Origin: Octopus sinensis
Taxonomy: Eukaryota
Reading direction: 5' to 3'
Assembly: GCF_006345805.1 (NCBI RefSeq)
Contig: NC_043023.1
Coordinates: 3,658,001-3,722,000, forward strand
Length of the DNA: 64,000 nucleotides
A program made the position numbers and the translations under genes. Below are positions 51,173-62,759 of the stretch, piece by piece (within the stretch, counting starts at the first letter, position 1; every line of letters starts with the position of its first letter). Under the pieces are notes generated by a model. That model worked only from the letters and a program-made list of their open reading frames with translations. It was not told where the DNA came from and did not search any database.

Positions 51173-51293
51173 ATTACTTCCTGTTGCTGTGGAAGACCAA
51201 ATTTGGGAAGTGTTGATACTCTTGGATGTGAAGCAGTCTTTATAACTGTTAACTCTCTTTTTCTAAGATATTGGATTTTTGCTATTTCCTAAG
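51173..51293 (+). other. Candidate 121-bp exon, apparently non-coding
   Basis: Acceptor ttctttattccag| and donor AAG|gtaagc in unique sequence; all three frames contain a stop. Confidence 0.3.
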
Positions 51294-51364
51294 GTAAGCA
51301 GACAAATCTAAATTATATTCTGTTTAGTTTCCCTATCATATAAATTTTTAATGCTTTGGGACGG

Positions 51365-51510
51365 TCATTATACCAACAATAACACAAGCACTGATTCAAT
51401 ATCATTTCTTTATTGTTAGTCATTTGCTTAAATAATTGGATATTTAACAAACTGACTAACAATAAAGAAGTGATATGGAATCAGTGCTTGTGTTATTGTT
51501 GGTATAATGA
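51365..51510. repeat. Palindrome: 58-bp arms (2 mismatches), 30-nt partly paired spacer
   Basis: 51365-51422 vs reverse complement of 51453-51510. Confidence 0.95.
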
Positions 51511-51744
51511 TCCACCCAAGACAACAAGTTCTGTTTCAACATGAATTCCCATTAAAAAAATCTGAAGTAAATGATTATAGTTATGGCTTAATCTCAGGGG
51601 AACGGTAAAAGATGATGTTGGATTTGCAGATGTGGCTGTGTGAGTGAGAAGTTTCCTTTGAAGCCATACGGTTAGAGGTTCAATCCCTGTGGGAGTGCAC
51701 TGTCAGCTAACTTTCTGTACTGTATATTATAGCTATGTTTTACA

Positions 51745-52600
51745 TGGTGGTGGTCGTGGTGCATTTGACGGTAGTGATGGTGTGTTTGACGACAATGCTT
51801 TTGACAATGATGATGATAATTGTGTTTGACAGTGATGATGATGGTGCATTTGACGGTTGTGATGGTGTGTTTGACAATGCATGTGGTGATGGCTGCTTTT
51901 GGCAGTGATGATGATTATTTCATTATGCCGGCTACCATTTAATAATGCTGACTAGTAAGTCAGTTTCCCGTGGTAGCATCATGGTTATATCAAGATGATG
52001 TAGGATTAATATAATAATACCAAAAAATCTAGGATGGAATTCATGAATATCTAATATATCGTGATAATGATGGTACATTTGATGGTGGTGATGACAGTGC
52101 TTTTGACAGTGATGATGGTGCATTTGACGGTGGTGATGATGAGTGTGTTTGACGGTGGTGGTTGTGTTTGACAGCAGTACATTTGATGATGACAGTGATG
52201 ATGGTGCATTTGACGGTGGTGATAATGGTGATGACATTGTTTATGACAGTGATGATGGTGTATTTGACGGTGGTGATGATGAGTGTGTTTGATGGTGGTG
52301 GTGGTGTTTGACAGTAGTACATTTGATGATGACAGTGATGATGATGGTGCATTTGACAGTGATGATGATGAGTGTTTGACGGTGGTGGTGTTTGACAGCA
52401 GTACATTTGATGATGACTGATGATGGTGCCTTTGACGGTGGTAATGATGTTTTTGATGGTGGTAGTGATGACATTTTTGACAACGATTTTGGTGTTCTTT
52501 CATACTGATAAGTACTTTTCACAATAGCAACAATGATGATGATGATGATGACTGTTATTTGAAGATAAGGGTGCCTTTGATGACGATGATGATGATGAGC
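51745..52600. repeat. GATGGTGCATTTGACGGT minisatellite within (GAT)n
   Basis: Motif gtgcatttgac / gtgtttgac recurs more than 15 times. Confidence 0.9.
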
Positions 52601-53334
52601 GAAAATAAATAGCAGACATGAGGCAAAGCCTGGTTGTGTGTTAGCAACATGTACCTGTTAGATCAGATTAAAGAAGTGGAGAGATAGAAGAGGAGGAGAG
52701 GCAGAAGAGGAAGGCAGTGGAAGTGGAGGGGCAGAAGACTCGCTCACGCATTGATGTGAGTGTACTAAATAGCCTTTACCACAATCATCACCCCCTCTCC
52801 CCCTCTCTCTCCCTCCCTCTCTCTCCCTCCCTCTCCTCTCTCTCTCTCTCCATGCCACTGCTACCACCACTACACTCCGGCATTAATTAATATTATGAAA
52901 ACGTAATGAGCTAATTGGATGAAATTGCTTAGTGAGAGTGCGCAGTGGTGCGATGAGGTGTCTGGGGAGGGGACTCAGTCCTTGGTGTGGCGGGGGGGGG
53001 GGGGCAGGGGTTTTAGCTTTATGGTTGAAGCGGTGTTTAATAATGATGTGGTGGCCAGCCATGAAATGGTTACCAACCACTTCGGGAGGAGGGGTGGTTG
53101 GAGGGTGAGGGTTGGTGTGGAAGGAAGGGGGGTTGCCTTTTGTTTTTTTTTTGTGCTTTTATTTTCTGTTTCCGCTTTTTCTTTTTGTTGTTGTTCTTCC
53201 TCTTCCTGTCATCGTCACGGTTTGACGAACACACGTGAGTAAACTTTTAATGTTGATTGTGTGTGTGAGAGGAGGGTGTTGTGGTGTGCATTAGAGCCTT
53301 CTTTCAGATCCGAACACACACACACACACACTCT

Positions 53335-53381
<47 letters not shown>

Positions 53382-53459
53382 GTTGTTTGAAGTGATGGTA
53401 CAGGTTTTATGTATTAAGAAAGAGGTAGGTCAGAGTTTTGGATTATTATTTATTAGTGC

Positions 53460-53524
53460 TTTCATCTTGTTGTTCGTTTCCGAGCCTCATCAGATGAGTC
53501 TGGGAAACGAATGAGATGAAAGTG
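53460..53524. repeat. ~65-nt imperfect hairpin
   Basis: ctttcatct..ttcgtttcc..ctcatc / gatgag..ggaaacgaa..agatgaaag. Confidence 0.8.
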
Positions 53525-53886
53525 GTAATAAATGATTATCCAAAATTCTGACCTACCTCCTTTTACCTAATAAATAAATAAATCTATATATATATATATA
53601 TGTACACACACACACATACACACATACATACATACATACAGAGAGAGAGAGAAATGTATACATAGATGTGTATAAGGATAACAAATATTAATATATATAT
53701 ATTAATATATAATAATAAATATTAGGGAAATAATCCAATTTACAGGAAAAAAATCAGATTTAGGATTAAATCCAATTTTATAGTAAAATATTATAAAATA
53801 TTATTAGAGAAAAAACCACTATTTTGCAAAAAAACAAGGAAAAGACTTAATCAATACATAAAATTTAATAAATAGTCAAAAAACCG

Positions 53887-53927
53887 CCATACAATCGTTT
53901 CTGTCTTGATCGACAATCTTCAGGTGG
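53887..53927 (-). ncRNA. Minimal type I hammerhead motif (left arm)
   Basis: CCAC-CTGAAGA-TTGTC-GATCAA-GACA-GAAA-CGATTGTA-TGG. Confidence 0.65.
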
Positions 53928-53983
53928 ACTTCCAATAATTCAGTTACAAATTATGAAGTCATTTGTAATGAATTATTGGAAGT

Positions 53984-54026
53984 CCACCTGAGATTGTCGA
54001 TCAAGACAAGAGAACGATTGTAGTGG
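53984..54026 (+). ncRNA. Minimal type I hammerhead motif (right arm)
   Basis: CCAC-CTGAGA-TTGTC-GATCAA-GACAA-GAGAA-CGATTGTA-GTGG. Confidence 0.55.
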
Positions 54027-54154
54027 CGGTTTTTTTGACTATTTTAAAATTATGTATTGATTAAGCTTTCCTTGTTTGTTTTGCAAATAGTGGTTTTGTC
54101 TCTAATATATTTTATATATATATAATATACATACTACATACATACACATACAAA

Positions 54155-54186
<32 letters not shown>

Positions 54187-54191
<5 letters not shown>

Positions 54192-54324
54192 AAGTATACA
54201 TAGATGTAATAAGGATAACAAATATATAATATAATGTGTATATATATATATTATATACTTACACATACAAGGGAGAAATGTATGCATAGATTATATAAGA
54301 ATAACAAATATATAATATATATAT

Positions 54325-54355
<31 letters not shown>

Positions 54356-55246
54356 TATCTAATATATATATATATATATATATTTCTTTACTGCCCACAG
54401 AGGGGATAAACAAGGACAGACATAGGTATTAAGTCGATTACATCGACCCCAGGTGCGTAACTGGTACTTTATTTATTGACCCCGAAAGGATGAAAGGCAA
54501 AGTCGACCGGGCGGGAATTTGAACTCAGAACGTGACGGCGGACAAAATACGGCTACGCATTTCGCCCGGCGTGCTAACGTTTCTGCCAGCTCACCGCCTT
54601 CAGTGTATTTATATTACACTCACACATACAGAGAGAGAGAGAAATGCATACATAGTTGTATATAAAGATAAAAAAAATATATATATATATATATACATAC
54701 ATACATACATACATACAAACACACACAGAGAGAGAGAGAGAGAGCGAGAGAGGGAGTAGAAGTATACATAGATGTATATAAGGATAACAAAATATAATAT
54801 TAATGTGTATATATATATATACTTACACAACACATACAGAGAGAGAAATGTATGCATAGATGTATATAAGAATAACAAATATATAATATATATATATAGT
54901 GTGGTGTATTAATATATATATATTATATATTATTATATATATATATATTTCTTTACTGCCCACAAAGGGCTAAAACAGAGGGGGATAAACAAGGACAGAC
55001 AAGGTATTAAGTCGATTACATCGACCCAGTGCGTAACTGGTACTTTATTTATTGACCCCGAAAGGATGAAAGGCAAAGTCGACCTCGGCGGAATTTGAAC
55101 TCAGAACGTGACGGCGGACAAAATACGGCTACGCATTTCGCCCGGCGTGCTAACGTTTCTGCCAGCTCACCGCCTTCAGTGTATATATATATACACTCAC
55201 ACATACAGAGAGAGAGAGAAATGCATACATAGTTGTATATAAAGAT

Positions 55247-55277
<31 letters not shown>

Positions 55278-55330
55278 TTACAAACATACATACATAGAGA
55301 GAGAGAGAAATGTATACATGGATGTATATA
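54187..55330. repeat. ~575-bp tandem duplication containing SINE B (54383-54602, 54946-55180, -) in a ~60-bp minisatellite
   Basis: Both SINEs share private variants such as gtgacggcggacaaaatacggctacg. Confidence 0.85.
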
Positions 55331-55569
55331 AGAATAACAAATATAATTATATATACACACACAGAGAAATGCATACATAGATGTATATAAGGATAACAAA
55401 TATATATAATATATATACACACACACACACACACCACTCATTCAGAGAGAGTGAGAGGCAAATGTATATATATATAAATTTATTAAAATAATATAGGGTA
55501 GCAAAATTCAGGAAATTTCTCTACCAGTGACCTAGCATGTATGAAAAGTCAATAGACAACATATTTTCC

Positions 55570-55724
55570 ATATAAAATTAGTGTATATTTAAACACAAAA
55601 AGAGGTGACCCTTAACAGGTCGCCTTACATGTTAGAATGACGTTCTTGACTGCTCCTTCTAGCATGTAAGGTGGCTTGTTATGGGTCACATCTTTTTGTG
55701 TTTAAATGTATGCTAATTTTGTAT
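55570..55724. repeat. Hairpin with 68-bp arms and 19-nt loop
   Basis: 55570-55637 vs reverse complement of 55657-55724, 10 differences. Confidence 0.9.
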
Positions 55725-55945
55725 GTAAATATTTATGTATATTCCTACATATACATCTGTATAAATAGATATATATTAGAATAACAGACGCACACATCTA
55801 TAAAATAAAAGTATATGCTGGTGAGCAACTGGTGTTGGATTCGATCAGTTGTTCTCAACTGGGGTGTGTATAAGATTTTGTTGCACAAAAATTTGTGCAG
55901 TAAATTGGTTTAGCTTTTACGCTTCATTTTAACAATTTTTTTATA

Positions 55946-56178
55946 CGAGTGGTTGTGTGGTAAGTAGCTTGCTTACCAGCCACATGGTTCCGGGTTCAGT
56001 CCCACTGCGTGGCACCTTGGGCAAGTGTCTTCTACTATAGCCTCAGGCCGACCAAATCCTTGTGAGTGGATTTGGTAGGCAGAAACTGAAAGAAGCCCGT
56101 CATATATATGTATATATATATGTGTGTGTGTGTATATATATATGTGTGTGTATATATATGTGTGTGTGTGTATATATA

Positions 56179-56213
<35 letters not shown>

Positions 56214-56366
56214 TTAATGTGTGTGTGTGTGTGCCTGAGTTTGTCCCCCCAACATCGCTTGACAACCGATGCTGGTGTGTTTACGTCCCGTAACTTAGCG
56301 GTTCGGCAAAAAAGACAGATGGGATAAGTACTAGGCTTACAAAGAATAAGTCCCGGGGTCGATTTG
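55946..56366 (+). mobile_element. SINE A, tail-truncated
   Basis: Direct alignment. Confidence 0.85.
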
Positions 56367-56659
56367 CCTGTCTTGGTGTCACACCTAAAAACGCCTGTCT
56401 TGGTGCCACGCATAAAAGTGCCCATGTCTGGGTGATATCTTAGTGCCCATGTTGGTGTCACATTGAAGCACCCAGTACACTCTGTAGAGTGGTTGGCATC
56501 AAGCTGTGGAAACCATGCCCAAGCAGACAAATGGAGCCTGGGCAGTTGGCCAACTCCAGTCGAAGCATTCAGTCCATGCCAGCATGAACTATGGATGTTA
56601 AAAGATGATGGCGCAGGCATGGCTGGATCGTGAGTTTTGGGTTCAGTCCCACTGAGTGG

Positions 56660-56970
56660 CATGATGACGACGATGATAGTGATGATGACGATGATGATAA
56701 TGATGGTGATGATGATGACAATGGTGACGATGGTGATGATGACGATGGCGATAATGATGATGATGATGGTGATGATAGTGATGATGATGACGACGATGGT
56801 GATGACGATGGTGATGACGATGGTGATGACGATGGTGATGATGACGACGATGTAATGATGACGATGGTAATGATGACGATGGTGATGATGATGATGATGA
56901 CAATGGTAATGATGACGGTGGTCATGATGACAATGACAAGTGATGATGGCAGTGGTGATGGTGATGAATT
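56660..56970. repeat. (GAT/GAC/GGT)n trinucleotide tract
   Basis: Direct reading. Confidence 0.95.
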
Positions 56971-58072
56971 TTATGCTAATTTGTTCAAGACTCCGCTTAA
57001 TAATCTCAAAGTTATTTTACTAAATTCTTCATTATTCAAAAAAATTAAATTGAAACAAAGGCAACATGTGTTAAAAGAAACCTAGTAAATGAAAAAAAAA
57101 GGGTTACACTATTGTAGAAGGGGACAGAAACAGGTGTCTTTTTTGTAGAGACAATGGTTACCCCAGTTGGAGAAAGAGAAAGGAGATGTGCCAGGTACAA
57201 GGGGGTGGATGTAAATGGGGTGGGGGTATAGAGGATTTGATGGTGAGTGAGCAAGGGGTTCACAAGGGTGCAGCTGGGGAGAGGGAAGAAGGATAAAGAA
57301 AATGCAGTTAGGGGTGGATAAGGGTATATAGGGGAATGGCAGAATAGCAATGATACAGTTTTCAGGGGGCGGATACCAGAGAGAGGGAGATGACTAAGCG
57401 ACATTGAGCTGCAGGAGTAGGGGTGTAGAGACCCCTACTCCTGCATGGGATGTAGTTTGGTTCATTTATGTATGTATAGGTGTGTGTATGATTAAGAAGT
57501 TTGCTTCCCAGCCACATGGTTCTGGGTTCAGTCCCACTGCATGGCACCTTGGGCAAGTGTCTTCTATAGCCTCAGGCCAACTGAAGTTTTGAGTGGATGT
57601 GGTATACGGAAACTGAAAGAATCACATCATCATCATCTTCATTTAATGTCTGCTTTCCATGCTAGCATGGGTTGGATGATTTGACTGAGGACTGGGGAAC
57701 CAGATGGCTGCACCAGGCTCCAATCTTAATCTGGCAGAGTTTCTACAGCTTGATGCCCTTCCTAACGCCAACCACTCCGCAAGTGTAGTGGGTGCTTTTA
57801 TGTGCCACCAGCAAGATGGCCAGTCAGGTGGTACTGGCAATGGCCACGCTCAAATGGTGTTTTTTACATGCCACCTGCACAGGAGCCAGACCAGCGGCAT
57901 TGGCAACAATCTCGCTCAAATGATTTTTTCACATGCCACTGCTTGAATGGTGCTTTTTATGTGCCACCGGCACAGAAGCAAGTTAGCTGCTCTGGCAATG
58001 ATCATGCTCAGATGGTGCTCTTAGTGCTCCACTAGCACGGATGCCAGTCATCGAATTTGATTTCAATTTATA

Positions 58073-58103
<31 letters not shown>

Positions 58104-58471
58104 GTGTGTATGTTTTTCTCCCCCAACATTGCTTGACAACTGATGCCACTGAGAGAGACTGATAGAATAAGTACTACGCTTACAAATAATAAGTCCTGAG
58201 GTCGATCTGCTCGACTAAAAGCAGTGCTCCAGCATGGCCACAGTCAAATGACTGAAACAAGTAAAAAGAGATATATATATACACACATACATGCATGGAC
58301 AGTAATACATGCTAATACATATATATACATACATACATGCATGGACAGTAATACATGCTAATACATATATATACACAATATATATTTTTTTAATGTTCCG
58401 TACATGAATAGGAGAGAATATAGATATATGTGTGGTATGTTTGTGTGTTTGCACATATACCTATTCACCCG

Positions 58472-58522
<51 letters not shown>

Positions 58523-59440
58523 AATATATTCATGCTCGGGTTATGAATAAAATAGAATATAATTATAAACACGCAGACACATGTACAATATTATCTATTT
58601 ATATACAGTATATGAATAGAACTGAATATTTATATATCCCTATACTCTTGTATTTACACCCATATATATATAAATATATATATACATACACCCACACACC
58701 TTAATTTATATGTATTTATGTACATATATATATATACATACATACACGCACACACACCTTAATTTATATGTATTTATGTACATATATATATATGCACTAA
58801 ACATATTCTATTTATGTACTTTTTATGACCAGACCAATCTTTATACAGGCACACCCACCCCAATCACACCCCACCCCCACCCCAATCACACACACACACA
58901 CACCCTGATTAATATATATATATATTTAGACACCCTTTTACATACAGTCTGAATATAGCTTATTTATCTAAAGCAATGTTTATATGCTTATCTATACAAA
59001 GTCATACATATATATATATATATAGGAGAGAATGGATTATGCAATATGTTTTATTGCATCATACTACAATTGTTTCATCACTACTTTATTATCAGATCAT
59101 TGCTGAAACATTATAACTTGTTGTGGTGATGGACATTAACACCTCTGTGTGATTTAAAGGTGGACTTATTGAACTCTTATAAAGAGTAAGGTGTCTCGTT
59201 AAGAAAGGAAAGAAGGCGTTGGAATATCGTGTGTTGGTTGGCGGAAGTTACAAATGTGATTGCATTACTTTACCTCTGCTTTGTTAAAATCATATCTTGC
59301 AACCGAGGATACAAAGGTGGCTATGAGATATTTAAAGCTTGCGTCAGACGGTCAAATTTTTTGGTATGAATACAAAGAAAGAAATTGTTAACATGGTGGA
59401 TTTGTTGGCCTGTGTGGTGCAGTTGCCATAGCAGCAGTGT

Positions 59441-59790
59441 GGAGGCGCAATGGCCCAGTGGTTAGAGCAGCGGACTCGCGGTCGTAAGAACGCGGTTTCA
59501 ATTCCCAGACCGGGCATTGTGTGTGTTTATTGAGCAAAAACACCTAAGCTCCACAGGGCTCCAGCAGGGGTGAGTGGGTTTTGAACCCCGCTGTACTCTT
59601 TTCACCACAACTTTCTCTCTTTCTCCCTACTTCTACCACACGGTTTCAATTCCCAGACTGGGCATTATGAGTGTTTATTGAGCAAAAACACCTAAGCTCC
59701 ACGAGGCTCCAGCAGGGGTGGGTGGGTTTTGAACCCCACTGTACTCTTTCACCACAACTTTCTCTCACTCTTTCTTCCTACTTCTGCCAC
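59441..59790 (+). mobile_element. SINE D with internal 148-bp tandem duplication starting at the B box
   Basis: cggtttcaattcccagac at 59493 and 59641. Confidence 0.85.
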
Positions 59791-60481
59791 AAAGCAGAGG
59801 AACCATGGTGTAACCCACTATGGTGTGGTAAACTTTCAGACCCTAGTCTAGATTGCGAATCCTTTGTACCCCAGGATGGTTCAGCTCTCCACCCGTTAAA
59901 AGCCACCGTTTACAGAATGAGGATAACAATGTAGCTTTTGCGCCCGTGCAACCACCAGTCTATCGGGTGTGGTGGGTAGATCTTCAAGTTGCCACACGCA
60001 CTCTTAGTAGCTTAGAGTAGGCTCAAATTAGAGAATATTCTTTGTGGCTAATGGCATGAGTCTTGATTGGGAGTGACGGAGGAGGTGGCTTCACTAGGGC
60101 CCCACTACCAGATGTATTTTGTAGTCATACCCAGAACATATACAGACATGCTAATTAACTCATAGCTGGGTCCCCTCATTGGTGCTACAACTCTGGGTCA
60201 GAGAGTAGACCTGAGAATAATATTAGCTAAGAAGTGGTTCTACATTTCTCAAAACCCTGGAACTCCCTCTCCCTGCAGCCAGATACCATTTAAAGTGATC
60301 CATGGGACATACATACTCACACATCATCATCATTATATAACGCCCATTTTCCATGCTGGCATGGGTTGGATGGTTTGACTGAAAATTGGTAAGCTGGAAA
60401 ACTGCACCAAAACTGCACCAAATTCTTTCTATGGTTGGATGCCCTTCTTTACGCCAATCGTTCCAAGAGTGTGGTGGCACA

Positions 60482-60818
60482 TACAGGGTGGACCAAAATG
60501 ATCTGACACATTTGGAGGCTTAATAAAAGTACAAAATAAGAAATAATGAAAAGAAAAATTTTATTTTCTGAATGTACATATAATGCCATTTTATTCCATT
60601 AAGTTTTTAAAATGAAATCAGCTAAATGCTTCCCATCATTGTCAACACACTGTTGGAGACGTTCATGAAAGTCATCGATAACTCTTTGGATCATTTCTTC
60701 TGGAATGGTGAAAAGTGATTTCTTCTTGTGGGGATATTTAAAATCAAAAGTATTCAGTCATCACCCTCGAGCTATTGATGAATTAAAACGTGCAATTTGT
60801 GTAGAAAAAGCAACCATT
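60482..60818. mobile_element. Tc1/mariner transposase C-terminus plus TIR, with an inverted segment
   Basis: Plus 60717-60818 DFFLWGYLKSKVFSHHPRAIDELKRAICVEKATI; minus 60709-60599 TIPEEMIQRVIDDFHERLQQCVDNDGKHLADFILKT*; TACAGGGTG end at 60482. Confidence 0.85.
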
Positions 60819-60824
60819 AAGCGC

Positions 60825-61158
60825 AGGATGAAAGGCAAAGTCGACCTAGGTGGAATTTGAACTCAGAACATAACGGCGGACGAAATACCGCTAAGCATTT
60901 TGCCCAGTATACTAACGTTTCTGATTTCTTTACTATCCACAAGGGGCTAAACATAGAGGGAACAAACAAGGACAGACAAAGGGATTAAGTCGATTGCATC
61001 GACCCCAGTGCATAACTGGTACTTATTTAATCGACCCCGAAAGGATGAAAGGCAAAGTCGACCTCGGCGGAATTTGAACTCAGAACGTAACGGCAGATGA
61101 AATAGCGCTAAGCATTTTGCCCGGGCGTGCTAACGATTCTGCCAGCTCGCTGCCTTAC
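60825..61158 (-). mobile_element. SINE B dimer
   Basis: GAAATCAG|AAACGTTAG junction. Confidence 0.85.
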
Positions 61159-61589
61159 ACAGTTAGCAAACTTCTTACCACACTGCTACACTGCTTCCAA
61201 AGGGCAGAGGGATAAAATTTAAGGAAGACGTACGTGACTACTGTTTCTAGCAAATTGAATGACTCATAGATATAATAAGGGTCTGTTGTGAAAGGTCTGT
61301 TTGTTTTGGTTGAAGATAACCAGGAGGAGGAAGAAGAGGAGAATGGATGAGGCCAGCAATGAAAGACATTCCCCATCTCACTTCTGCTAATGACACATTC
61401 AGAATGACCTCTTTGTGTGTTGTTAGTAGGTAAAGGAGGGGTGAGGTGAGGGGGGAGATACGGGGGGTGGGGGGTTCTGTTAGCTTTTTTTTCTTTTCTT
61501 TTTTTTTCTCTTTTTCTTTCTCTGTGTTTCTTTTTCTTTCATTCATTTCTGCTTCTTTACATTTTTTCACTTTTGTTTCTTTCTCAGCT

Positions 61590-61596
61590 TCCTTGG

Positions 61597-61631
<35 letters not shown>

Positions 61632-62120
61632 CCTTTGTGTGTGTATCTGTCTTTCCACACTCACACTGCTTCTCTTTCTCTGTCTCTCTCTGCATCTCTT
61701 TCTCTCTTTGTCTCTCTCTCTCTACCTCTGTCTGTACCTCTCTTTATCTCCCTCTCTCTTCATCCCTTTCTCTTTCTCTTCATCTCTCTCTTCATCCCTT
61801 TCTCTCTCCATCTCTCTCATTCTCTCTCCATCCCTCTCACTCGTATCTCTCTCTTTCTCACTCTCTCTCTCTCTCTCTCTCACTCTCTCTCTCACTCTCT
61901 CACTCTATCTCTCTTTCTCACTCTCTCTCTCTCTCTCTCACTCTCTCACTCTATCTCTCTCTCTCACTCTCTCTCTCTCTCTCACTCTATCTCTCTCTCT
62001 CACTCTATCTCTCTCTCTCACTCCATCTCTACCTCTCTCTCCATCTCTGTGTTTCTGTCTCTGCCTCTCCCTTTCCCCCCTTTCTCTCTTCCCCTCTCCC
62101 TCCCTCCCTCTCCTACTAAC
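61590..62120. repeat. CT-rich microsatellite
   Basis: Direct reading. Confidence 0.95.
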
Positions 62121-62759
62121 ATAAAATTAGGTTATCACTTCCTTTTTAACTGTCCCCTCCTCCCCTCTCCCACCCCCCATTACCTCTTCCATGACCTGAC
62201 CACAACCTTAAGTGTTAGATGTGATGAGGTGATGGCGGTGGGATGCTGGTGGTGATGGTGTATAGGGGTGGGGGGGAGAGGGTGGCTGGAGTCCTTGTAG
62301 TAGGTGTGATTCATGGCCAGAGTGTGATGGGGGGGAGCTGTGATTGATGTGGGGGGTGAAGGGTTGATAGCTGAGGTGTAGGGGGTGAGGTGGTGGTGGT
62401 GGGAAGAGAGCAGGTGGTTGGGTGAGTGGGGTGTGATGGTTGGTAACACTGCTGTGTTTGTGTAGTGTGGTGTGCTCCCCCCCATGCAATCACACACACA
62501 CCCCACCTAGGGTGGAGTGAGGGTGGGAGTGAAGATCGAGGGGGAAGGATTGGGAGAAAGGGTGTAAGTGTGAGTGTCATAGTGTGTGTGTGTGGGGGGG
62601 GGCATGACACTGTTGGGTCATGTGGCACAGGGACGGGGGGGGGTGTTCTGTGGTGGTGGGCATGGTGTCACAAAATGGTGCTTTGACCAACTTGTGATAA
62701 CAGTTACAGATTTCTCCAAAGTGATGTTCAACTCTATCGTTACTCTTTTGAACTGCATC

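Larger units (their letters stand above)
53788..54118. repeat. ~330-bp palindrome of a PLE-like terminus (arms ~165 bp, 9-nt loop 53952-53960)
   Basis: Arms match apart from scattered 1-bp indels. Confidence 0.9.

Noticed and set aside
51932-52522. His/Ser/Thr-rich ORFs, and the Asp-rich ORF at 56630-57085
   Set aside because: Products of GAT/GGT repeats open in several frames; no splice or domain support
59441-59510. tRNA gene call for SINE heads
   Set aside because: A/B boxes are present but there is no closed acceptor stem, and they continue into SINE bodies
59900-60120. HDV-like ribozyme in a possible LINE 5' region
   Set aside because: Could not assemble the nested double pseudoknot by eye
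62200-62660. G-quadruplex potential, and Z-DNA potential at 40085-40200
   Set aside because: Generic property of low-complexity tracts with no evidence of function
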